DNA of 64,000 nucleotides. Source: a virus. Under the pieces are notes generated by a model, which saw only the letters and a list, made by a program, of their open reading frames with translations, was not told the origin of the DNA and did no database searches. The position numbers and the translations under genes were made by a program. Below, piece after piece: positions 48,437 to 57,333 of the stretch. Within the stretch, counting starts at the first letter, position 1. Every line of letters begins with the position of its first letter. The DNA is taken from IMG/VR virus record IMGVR_UViG_3300025127_000020, positions 15,562 to 79,561 of that record. One strand, written 5' to 3'.

Positions 48437-49201
48437 TTACAGTTCTAGCTCTTCTTCTTCAGATTCTTCAGTTTCTTCTTCTTTTTCGTTTTCATATTCA
48501 TCTGTTGTTGGTTCAGAAATAGTGGTTTTAAGTTCATCTTCAAACTTGTCAAAATAAAGTTTAACATTTGTCAAGAGATATTCTTCAAATAAATCTTGGT
48601 CTTCTTGATTTCCTAATAAAGAAAACGCATCGATGATTTGTTTTTCAATTTTATCAAAAGTTGCTTGAGCAAAATTTGAACCTGTCTTATCCTCGTCACC
48701 CAAATCTTTAAAGTTACCTTCTTCATCTTCGTCTTCTTTGCCATCGTCGTCGATGTCAATAAAAGCGTCATCATCTTCTGGCTTGTCGCCTATCTCGACT
48801 TCAATTTCATCTAGTTTTTCAACTTCTTCGATGCCAATAAATTTATCATCATCCCCACCAGCTTCCTTGTTTGCAGTTACTGGAGCCAAAGCGTTTTCTA
48901 TCGCAGTAAGAATGTGTGCGGAAAAAGACTTTCTCTGATCATCGCCTGTTGTAAGCATTTTGTAATCTTGCTCAATAACAGGGATAATCTTTTTCAATAA
49001 ATCCTCTAAAACATTTATTCCTGTAGATCTGTGTTGAACTTTTTCTGTTGCCGCTTCTTTTAGAAGTTTTCTAATTAAAGCTCGAAGCTCAAACTCTTCC
49101 CACACTCTATGGTCATCTTTATTTTTTGCTCTAACCTTGATAGCTCTCTTAATAAATTCTCTTAATTTAAGCTCTTGAATCATCTCATTTCTGTCAATCA
49201 T
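48437..49201 (-). CDS. Acidic hypothetical protein (putative head core/internal protein)
   Basis: Two N-terminal LRxxIR/K helices; very D/E-rich. Confidence 0.55.
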   Translation of the reverse strand: MIDRNEMIQELKLREFIKRAIKVRAKNKDDHRVWEEFELRALIRKLLKEAATEKVQHRSTGINVLEDLLKKIIPVIEQDYKMLTTGDDQRKSFSAHILTAIENALAPVTANKEAGGDDDKFIGIEEVEKLDEIEVEIGDKPEDDDAFIDIDDDGKEDEDEEGNFKDLGDEDKTGSNFAQATFDKIEKQIIDAFSLLGNQEDQDLFEEYLLTNVKLYFDKFEDELKTTISEPTTDEYENEKEEETEESEEEELEL

Positions 49202-49210
49202 TTTTATTCC

Positions 49211-52174
49211 TCAAACATTATATGTTTTTTGTTTTCCACCACCAAAATTGTCTGTCTTAAAATCATCTTTTCTCATGACAGTTATAATCTTCATAGCATC
49301 TGGACCTTTTTTCATTTCCAGTGCAGCCACAAGATTTAATGCTGGTGTTTTCGCATTCGCTTTGTGTCGAATAACAAATGCCTCACCATTAGCAATCTCA
49401 CCATTTGCATAGTCTTGAATAACTAGTCCCAAACCTCTTTCTGCTGCCTGCAAGATAGCATCTTTAGAAATAGTCTTACCCTTTCCGTGTCGAAATCTTC
49501 TTTCTTCTCCATGTTTTGAAGGCTCTAAATCCATGTCCTCTACATCGATAACAATCTTCATCTTTCCAACATTTACAACACTGGAATCACCGCTTCCGAT
49601 TTTACCATAAGACTCATCTAAAGGCTCGACTGTCAATTCATCTACAGGTCTTTTATAAGAAGTCTTAGGAAATTGCTTCATAAGTGAGATAAGATCTAAG
49701 ATAGGTGCGTCAATAATGATAACATCTATTTCATTATTCTCATCCAATTCTTTTAAAGCATACCATCTGTGATGACCGTCTACGAGGTGCTCATCACCAG
49801 AGACCATGACTGGTTTACCATTAGATAAATCTATCTGCCCTGCTTCATGCTTTGCTTTCATTGAATTTGTCTTATCAATGTTGATTTCTTTTTGAACTGG
49901 TGTAAGTTCGCCTACTCTCATTGAAGATTTTAGACACTCTACCCCTTTAGACTCCAACCAATCACAAAATTCCTGAACATCTGTTGACTTAATCTGAGGA
50001 AGGTTCATTCTAGGCATCCTCAACCCATAATCTAAACTTATAATGCCTCTTTCTTGGGGTTCTTCTGCTTCTTCACTTATAACTTCTTTAATGTCTTCAG
50101 AATCATCGTCTGTTGTGACACTGACTTTGTTTCCATCAACAGTTACATTAACGATAGTCTTTGTGGTGACCTCAACTTCTGTTTTTTCACCCCCTTCCTT
50201 CGTGGATTTTTGTTTTTCGTCTTCAGTTGAGTCGTCCTCTTGGTTATCAGTTCTTTGCGGACCGCCTAATTGACCTCCTGGCACTGATTCTGAATCAATT
50301 TTGACTGCTTCGTCGATCATCTCGTAAAGTTGCCTTAAAAGGCTGCTTTCGCCTTCTAATTTAGAATAAGATCCTTCGTCTATGACAGTACTTACCAATT
50401 CTTCCCAAAGGTCCATTGCAGAAGCCCCAGAAAGAGGAATCATTTTTTTAAAAGTGTCTAAATCTCGGTTAGCAATAGCTAATCCAAGTTTAGTTCCAGA
50501 AGCTCCAGTGTCTGACATCGATCCATCTACTTGTTCTAGGCTTACTGATAGATTATTTTTAGCAATAAATTGTTGCATGCGAGCGAAACGAGGATCTTCT
50601 GCATCTTTTTCACCCTTTGAGACTAAAACAGTTGTTCCCTCTGGAAATTCTTTCAACATTTCGTAAGTGTCTGCGATAGGAGAGGGGTAACTCGACACTG
50701 TAGCAATAATTTTGCCCTTATAACCGTTTTCATCGATGTATTTGTTCCAAATCTTCTCAGAAGTTTCGGGATAAACAATAAATAAGCCTTTTTCAGTCTC
50801 TCTTTTCACTGCTTTCTTAGAAATTATTACAATAACCTTGTCAGCTTCATAAGAATCAATCATTTCTTTGGCACCAAGGAAATGTCCAGCGTGTGGAGGC
50901 TTGAATTTACCTGGAAAAACACCAATTCTTTGACCGCCACCAGTATTTTCGGATAGATCACCGCCTTTTTTCTTTTCCCAAGGTAATAATCCCATAATTT
51001 GATTGACTGGAGCGAAGGAACCAGTGATTTTATAAGTGTTTCCATCAAAAGCAAACACGAAACCTTCCATTGAGGAGGAAATCTTGTCTAAACTCTTTAG
51101 CTTTCCAAGTTGATCCTTCAATTTATCAGACTTTACAGCATCACCAGCGGCTTCAATCTCTGCAATAGCGGCTTCTAGTCTATCTGCGATGCGATTTATC
51201 TCATCTTTGTGTGAAAGAACGAACCTAGACTTCAATCCATCGAGCATTGCGACTGCAAAGTCATGCACGATGTCCTCAAGAGGGAAAATAATTTCTTTTC
51301 TAACTCGTTTTTGGTCTTTAATGAAGTCTCGGACTGCTGATTTGACCTCTGGGTCTTTAATTCTCTTGTAGATCTGTGTTGCATTAACACCTTTAACACC
51401 GAACATTCGCTGCATTATCATCTTTTTAGTGTCATCATCGAGTTGTGGAAACATTCTTTCGATAAGATTGTCTAATTTAGAGATAATAAACTCTCCAACC
51501 TTTGCACCCTCACCAACTTCTGAACTTGCAAGTAGTTTTTTAAGACGTGAGACCGCTGTGTTGAGTGCTGTGTCATCAGAAAGTGCCCTTAATCTCTCAA
51601 CAGCTTTCATTTCTACACCAAATCCATTCTGTTTGTCAGACTTCTGAACTTGTTTTAGTGCTTTTCCTAGTAGATTTGCTTCCTTAGAGACATCTCTATC
51701 TGTAACTTTTCCAGTTTCACGGTCATATTCTCCGTGACCATCTCTATGAATAATAAGATTCTTTGAATTGTAGTTGATAATGTTTGGGTTATCAGGATCC
51801 ATTACTTCTGCATTATAAAAAATGTTAGCATCGGGACCAAACACTTTTAGCTTGACTTCTTCTGGCATTTGACTTACTGCGTCAACAAAGGCTTCAAAGG
51901 CTCCGTTGAATGCTGCCTCTAAAGTTCCACGACCTGCAAACTTTGCAGCGAGAGCTTCGGCATCCATTCCACCTTTCTTTACATTACCTACATTACGTGC
52001 AGCTTTTGCTTTACCATCTTTTACAGAATAAGAGACAAAAAGATTTTGCCCATCTAGCTTCTCACCACCTGTAATTTCTCCATTCGAGGCAGCAGTCATG
52101 ATTTTTATCATGTCGGTAAAAGTTAAGTCTGGATTGTCGTAGAGATGATCTACGTGTCCACCAAGTCCACCCAT
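49211..52174 (-). CDS. Multidomain protein: ligase-like nucleotidyltransferase + HIGH-type cytidylyl/adenylyltransferase + ParB/sulfiredoxin-like + small C-terminal RNase-like domain
   Basis: EKLDG...NAEV...EGFVF...YKITG; GVFPGKFKPPHAGH...GEKD...SGTK; PVQ...LVDGHHRW; SKHGEERRFRH...IITVM. Confidence 0.7.
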   Translation of the reverse strand: MGGLGGHVDHLYDNPDLTFTDMIKIMTAASNGEITGGEKLDGQNLFVSYSVKDGKAKAARNVGNVKKGGMDAEALAAKFAGRGTLEAAFNGAFEAFVDAVSQMPEEVKLKVFGPDANIFYNAEVMDPDNPNIINYNSKNLIIHRDGHGEYDRETGKVTDRDVSKEANLLGKALKQVQKSDKQNGFGVEMKAVERLRALSDDTALNTAVSRLKKLLASSEVGEGAKVGEFIISKLDNLIERMFPQLDDDTKKMIMQRMFGVKGVNATQIYKRIKDPEVKSAVRDFIKDQKRVRKEIIFPLEDIVHDFAVAMLDGLKSRFVLSHKDEINRIADRLEAAIAEIEAAGDAVKSDKLKDQLGKLKSLDKISSSMEGFVFAFDGNTYKITGSFAPVNQIMGLLPWEKKKGGDLSENTGGGQRIGVFPGKFKPPHAGHFLGAKEMIDSYEADKVIVIISKKAVKRETEKGLFIVYPETSEKIWNKYIDENGYKGKIIATVSSYPSPIADTYEMLKEFPEGTTVLVSKGEKDAEDPRFARMQQFIAKNNLSVSLEQVDGSMSDTGASGTKLGLAIANRDLDTFKKMIPLSGASAMDLWEELVSTVIDEGSYSKLEGESSLLRQLYEMIDEAVKIDSESVPGGQLGGPQRTDNQEDDSTEDEKQKSTKEGGEKTEVEVTTKTIVNVTVDGNKVSVTTDDDSEDIKEVISEEAEEPQERGIISLDYGLRMPRMNLPQIKSTDVQEFCDWLESKGVECLKSSMRVGELTPVQKEINIDKTNSMKAKHEAGQIDLSNGKPVMVSGDEHLVDGHHRWYALKELDENNEIDVIIIDAPILDLISLMKQFPKTSYKRPVDELTVEPLDESYGKIGSGDSSVVNVGKMKIVIDVEDMDLEPSKHGEERRFRHGKGKTISKDAILQAAERGLGLVIQDYANGEIANGEAFVIRHKANAKTPALNLVAALEMKKGPDAMKIITVMRKDDFKTDNFGGGKQKTYNV

Positions 52175-52178
52175 CTTC

Positions 52179-52433
52179 TTACTCCTTTGATCCTTCTTCT
52201 AGGATGCGAAGTTGTTCTTCAAGAGTTTCAATTCTCTCGTTTGCTTTTCTAAGATGTCTTTTAATTTCTTTTAGATTGTGCTTAGCGATATCGACTCTTC
52301 TAGAGTCTCTAAGGGAGCCTGTGCGAATGGAAGATAAAGCCTCTTCGATAGATTGAACGAGAGCTTGCCAATTGACCTGTTGTTTACCTTCGTTCACAAT
52401 AAACTTTCTCGTCATTTTTCTTAAATCTATCAT
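52179..52433 (-). CDS. Small coiled-coil protein
   Basis: 84 aa; heptad-like LKEIKRHLRKANERIETLEEQL; GGAGG RBS. Confidence 0.65.
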   Translation of the reverse strand: MIDLRKMTRKFIVNEGKQQVNWQALVQSIEEALSSIRTGSLRDSRRVDIAKHNLKEIKRHLRKANERIETLEEQLRILEEGSKE

Positions 52434-52477
52434 AATGTTACCTCCAAGTCAAGTAAAACGTAAAAATTTCTCACATT

Positions 52478-52485
52478 TAATTAGT
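52478..52485 (-). promoter_or_regulatory. Putative late promoter motif (ACTAATTA)
   Basis: About 44 nt upstream of ATG 52433. Confidence 0.55.
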
Positions 52486-52512
52486 TTGCTTACAAGTAAA
52501 CAACTCTTATTA

Positions 52513-55500
52513 TCATTCGTAATCGTGACCTACTGGATATAGCTTGGTAACTTCTGTCCAATTAACTCCATCGTCTGCTCTGAAGGCTTGAAGGGTCATG
52601 TTACCAGCAGTTCCATCATTCATAGAAATAACAATCTTTAAATCAGACATCGCACCAGTGTGAGTGTGGTTTGAGCCAGCAAATGATGTAGAATTATAAT
52701 TGGCTGGAAAGTAGAAAGTTACATTTGTGTTATTATCTGGCGCATCAGCAATAGTGGTCGATTTAGTTCCTGAATTATCATCACCATAATAGCCAATAGC
52801 TAACTCAGTAGCAGTGGCAGAACTTCCTTTACCGAAAGGAACTACATATTGACTTGCACCACCAGTAGAGTTGCCAACTGAATATTCAGTTCTTCCACTA
52901 GTAACCTGACTATGCATTCTGTGTGATGCGTCACTAATGTTCCCCGTGCCGAGTTGTCGATAATCAATTAAATAATAATCTGTTCCTCCAATAGTCATTG
53001 TAACTGCACCTCTGTAATAATCAAACTCTTTAAGGTAATTTACAAAAGCATGATTATCTTGTGTAACAAAATCACTTAATTGAAGTTTCCAAAGTGGACC
53101 TTGCATGGCAACGTTTGTGCTACCCTGTGTTCTATATTTCCACGCAAAAGAATTTAGGAATTGATTAATGCCAGAGGATGTTTCAACATAAGGAGGAGAA
53201 ATTATAGCGTTATCTTCAGCTATCAATTTACCAGCACCCCAGTTAGTGTCTACTATGGTTGAATTTGTTGGAGAATTACTCATTCTAAACGCCCAAGACA
53301 TTATGCGAGAAGTATCAAGGTTATGTCTCCAGTGAAGACTTATGTATCTATGACTGGCACTTGTCCCAGTAGCTTTAGAGTTTATCCATGAGATGGTAAC
53401 TTGTTCATAATCAGAGTCCCAAGTAGTTGTAAACTGTTTAGAATCTGCCATGTAATTACCCCAATTCCCAGAAATAATTGAATGTGGTTCTTCAAGATTA
53501 TAAAATTTCTGAGCACAATCTTGAGAGCCAACACCTGAAACGGTAAACGTCACACTTGAAGCCTCTCCATTGCCATTCGAAAGCCCAGATGTGTCAATTC
53601 CTACTAACTTCATAACACTACAGCCTCCTCCGCCTCCGCCTGAGCCTCCACCTCCGCCAGGAGGTGATGGAGCTTCAGGAAGATTACTAGGCACAAATCC
53701 ATCTTCCTGTGTAATAACAGGTGGATGACTTTCTGGTGACGTCGGTCCTCTTGGGTTTGGTCTACCTGGAACTGAAAAAGGAACTTGTTCAACAGTAGTG
53801 CCACTTCCAGGTGCAGTCCATTCACTATTTTCTTTATCGACGTCGCAGATAACATATGTTGCATCACTATTGTGGCACCCACAATCACAATCTACAACAT
53901 TAATTGTTAAAACACCGCTTCCAACTTGACCTGCTGTGTCTGTTACTGTAAAGTTTTGCGTGTGAGTTCCAACAGCTACACCTGTTGTATTTATTGTTGC
54001 AACACCAGTGTTGACATCAATAGTTACGAGTCCTGCTGGGGCAGTCCCACCAGAAGTTTCTGCAAATAAAATTCCAGATTCTTGACCCTTTATTATGCAA
54101 CCATAATTCAGTTGAACAGAAAAGTCTGTTTCACCAGCGCAAATTTCAACTGTTTCAGACTGAGGGCACGGAGCGGTTGCACAGTTTGACACTGCAATTA
54201 GAGATTCGCTGCCACCTTGAGAACAAGAGTCGCCTTCATTAATTGCATCTGTAGAATCTGTGTTCCATAAGCCCCAATTTGCATGATTTGGATCGCCACT
54301 TACAGAACCATCTTTTGCTTGAGTTACAACTGCGTATTTATAACTTGAACTAGTGGCAAAAATCGCTTGGCTTGGCAGTGAACTATCTTTAAATGTTGTC
54401 GTCGCCTCATCTGTAGTTCCAACCTTTACATAAGGACCACCAGTTGGATGAGGCTTTCTATAGACTATGTAACGTTCAACAGTCTTTCCACTTGTTGCTG
54501 TGTTTGTCGCATTCCACGTAACAGTGACCTCTGGATGATTGCTATCGGAGCAGCTTGTAGCCGAAGTTGAAAGATTTGTTACATTTTCCAAAGCACAACA
54601 TTCTACAGTAACTGAAACAATTGTAGGCTCTGAAGTAACTACTGTGTTAGAGCTATTTGTAGTTTGAGCAGTGATTCTGTAGTTATAAATAACATCAGCA
54701 TTACAACATTCAGAAATTCCAGGTTCATCAACAAGAGTTATTTCTCTCTCACCTACATGATTTCTCGACTCAATTTTCGTGACGTCAGTAAAACTAGAGC
54801 TTGTAGATAATTTTCTTTGAATTACCCAAGTCGTTTCAGCTATGTCTCCAACCTCATTCTGAAGAGTGATCAAAACCTTACCAGAATTTTCTTCGCCACA
54901 TCCAAAAGGTGTTATTGTAAAATTTGGGTCGGGTGGAATGAAATTCAATTCAATAATCCCCCCAGGCTGTTCAATATTAAAACTAGGACCAGCGCCAGGG
55001 CGTGACATCGCTCTTGCAGTATAGGTAAATTCCACTTTGCCTAACAGATTCTCGGGTGGTCTATAAATTAATTTTCCTTCGTTTGCAAATGAACTGTCAA
55101 TTCTTCCGCCAAGACTTGGAACAGAAGTTACAATAACACTCACAGGAACTCCAGTTTCAGGAGAAGAGTTGCCAAAAAATGCTGGAGCATCGTTGAATGT
55201 TACTGGTAAAAATATTTCAACATCGCTATTCATAACACGAGTTAAAGAGACATCTGGTGTTGTAATAGTTCCGTCGCAGCAATTGTAAGAAACCGTAACT
55301 TCTTTTGCGACTTCGCCAGCGCTATTAAATGCTATTACATAATAAGTTGCTTCATGAGTTAGACTACAGTCTCTGACTGGAACACTTGGTAAATCAATGT
55401 AAGTTTGATGAGTTGATAGTGTTGTTAAGAATTCTAATTTAGTTGCATAAAGATCTTCTGTTCTGACAATTCCTTCTTTTAAAAATTTATTTATTAAAGC

Positions 55501-57333
55501 AGAATCAGGAGTTTTATATGATTCTGAGATTATTCTAGCCTTACGATAAACATTATAACCAGTTGCACTGGTAGACTGACCTATTGCTAGACTTATTTTT
55601 CCAGGGTTTGTTGGCTGATTACAAGCAATAAACGTGCCAGATAAAGTAAAATCTCCTGGTAATGTAATGCTACAACAATCACTAGGAACTATTAGAGCAG
55701 TGTTATCAGAGGCTGTGTCAAGCCCCTTAATTGTAATGTGATTTCCAACAGCTAAAACATCACTAATTGCAAGCTCACTTCTTCCAGTCTCTGAAATAAA
55801 TTTTTGAGTAAAAGTATTTAAAGAATCATAGGGTGAAGATTCTGCTCCGCCAAACCCTTCTCGATAATAGTAAAGACATGCCATTAAATCTTTTACACCG
55901 ACAGTCGAATGAGAGACGCTTCCTAAAAACCCATTCAAATCAATAGCAGTCCAATTATTAGAATAATCGTTAACAGGTGCTTTTAATGTCTCACTAGTCA
56001 CCATTTTAAAACTAGATAAAACTGGAATAGAAGAGAAAGATTCTAGGTTCACAACAACTCTTGTAAGTTTTTTAAATTTACCACCAGTAGACGGTAAGCT
56101 CCAAGCAGTTGTAGGTGAGTTTAAATCTCCCAAATCTACTGTCCCGTCTTCATTTTGATGTAATAATCTACCAAAAGAAAATCCAAAGATTCTGGTGTTT
56201 ATCTTTTCATCTGGTGCATTATAAGTTAGTCTATCTGAGTTTGATAATGCTGGATCTCTACCTAAATTTTCAAGCCACTGTTTTTTATATGCTTCTTGAT
56301 CATCTAATTGTAAAATCTTTAATGCTCCACCTACACCTTGAAATGCAGTTCTAGATTTTAATCCACCAAGAGTTATTTCGTAACCACTAATCCTGCACGT
56401 TGATTTATAACCAAACGTTATGACGGCTTCTTTACCATTCTTAGAAGTAGTTGAGTTTAAGATGCAAATTTCAGAATCGCAGTCGGAAGTTGTTGCAATA
56501 TCTTTCGGACTCTCACAAACAGTGCAGTCAGAATCGCTAATCATTTGTTCTTCACAGATATAATCAAATAAAATTTTTGAACCGTCAATTCTAAAGAGTT
56601 TATGAGAACATAAATCTGTTATATCATAATAACCCTTAAGTCTGGTGTCTTTGGATTTATTCCAATTAGTAGCATCGAATATAAGACCAGACTGATAAAT
56701 GTCTGCAATCTCATCTGTGAATGTATTGAAACTTGTGTCATCACCAAATCCAGACCAAGAATCATTTTTTATGTTGCTTGTAGTCAGGATTGCAAAAACT
56801 GGATTAGGGCTTGATGGAGAATTTATGTTGTCGTTTGCATAAACAATGCTTGTCTTGTTTGTAACATCTGAACTAGAAAGACCAGCAAATGCATTGTTAG
56901 AAGTCGTTATTTCAATAGTTAAAAAGTTAGTGTCTGTTTCCGCAGGAGCTAAAAATGTTCCAGCAGAAGAAAAGAATCCAAAGACTAAAAATCTATTCCC
57001 TCCCAGTGCTTGCGGTACTGAGATTTGAAACCCTGGCTGACTCCCTGCTCTCTCTGAAACATTAATGCTGGGACTTGTTATAGTAAGGGATGAATCGAAC
57101 TCAATTACAAATTGATAACCATACACCTTACTGGAGGATTTATAGTCTAGTTGAATTGTAGCAGTTGTGTCGCTGTCTTTGGTGACCCCTTCTACTTTTA
57201 CTGTTCTATAACAAATTGTAGAGTCTCCACAAATCAAACCTTCAGGATTCTTATTTGTCCCTGAAACACCTTTTCCTGATGAAGCAGGGTCAGAACCAGA
57301 GCCACCACTGGGTGGGGGGGCAAACATGGTCAT
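52513..57333 (-). CDS. Large virion surface/fibre-like protein: cohesin-like and degenerate dockerin-like modules, FN3/Ig repeats, Gly linker, C-terminal domain
   Basis: LDYKSSSKVYGYQF...VFGFF; FGYKSTCRISGYEI...IFGFSF; IDLNG...VGVKDL; GYNVYR, YIVYRK...YKYAV FN3 patterns; Cys-rich junctions. Confidence 0.6.
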   Translation of the reverse strand: MTMFAPPPSGGSGSDPASSGKGVSGTNKNPEGLICGDSTICYRTVKVEGVTKDSDTTATIQLDYKSSSKVYGYQFVIEFDSSLTITSPSINVSERAGSQPGFQISVPQALGGNRFLVFGFFSSAGTFLAPAETDTNFLTIEITTSNNAFAGLSSSDVTNKTSIVYANDNINSPSSPNPVFAILTTSNIKNDSWSGFGDDTSFNTFTDEIADIYQSGLIFDATNWNKSKDTRLKGYYDITDLCSHKLFRIDGSKILFDYICEEQMISDSDCTVCESPKDIATTSDCDSEICILNSTTSKNGKEAVITFGYKSTCRISGYEITLGGLKSRTAFQGVGGALKILQLDDQEAYKKQWLENLGRDPALSNSDRLTYNAPDEKINTRIFGFSFGRLLHQNEDGTVDLGDLNSPTTAWSLPSTGGKFKKLTRVVVNLESFSSIPVLSSFKMVTSETLKAPVNDYSNNWTAIDLNGFLGSVSHSTVGVKDLMACLYYYREGFGGAESSPYDSLNTFTQKFISETGRSELAISDVLAVGNHITIKGLDTASDNTALIVPSDCCSITLPGDFTLSGTFIACNQPTNPGKISLAIGQSTSATGYNVYRKARIISESYKTPDSALINKFLKEGIVRTEDLYATKLEFLTTLSTHQTYIDLPSVPVRDCSLTHEATYYVIAFNSAGEVAKEVTVSYNCCDGTITTPDVSLTRVMNSDVEIFLPVTFNDAPAFFGNSSPETGVPVSVIVTSVPSLGGRIDSSFANEGKLIYRPPENLLGKVEFTYTARAMSRPGAGPSFNIEQPGGIIELNFIPPDPNFTITPFGCGEENSGKVLITLQNEVGDIAETTWVIQRKLSTSSSFTDVTKIESRNHVGEREITLVDEPGISECCNADVIYNYRITAQTTNSSNTVVTSEPTIVSVTVECCALENVTNLSTSATSCSDSNHPEVTVTWNATNTATSGKTVERYIVYRKPHPTGGPYVKVGTTDEATTTFKDSSLPSQAIFATSSSYKYAVVTQAKDGSVSGDPNHANWGLWNTDSTDAINEGDSCSQGGSESLIAVSNCATAPCPQSETVEICAGETDFSVQLNYGCIIKGQESGILFAETSGGTAPAGLVTIDVNTGVATINTTGVAVGTHTQNFTVTDTAGQVGSGVLTINVVDCDCGCHNSDATYVICDVDKENSEWTAPGSGTTVEQVPFSVPGRPNPRGPTSPESHPPVITQEDGFVPSNLPEAPSPPGGGGGSGGGGGGCSVMKLVGIDTSGLSNGNGEASSVTFTVSGVGSQDCAQKFYNLEEPHSIISGNWGNYMADSKQFTTTWDSDYEQVTISWINSKATGTSASHRYISLHWRHNLDTSRIMSWAFRMSNSPTNSTIVDTNWGAGKLIAEDNAIISPPYVETSSGINQFLNSFAWKYRTQGSTNVAMQGPLWKLQLSDFVTQDNHAFVNYLKEFDYYRGAVTMTIGGTDYYLIDYRQLGTGNISDASHRMHSQVTSGRTEYSVGNSTGGASQYVVPFGKGSSATATELAIGYYGDDNSGTKSTTIADAPDNNTNVTFYFPANYNSTSFAGSNHTHTGAMSDLKIVISMNDGTAGNMTLQAFRADDGVNWTEVTKLYPVGHDYE

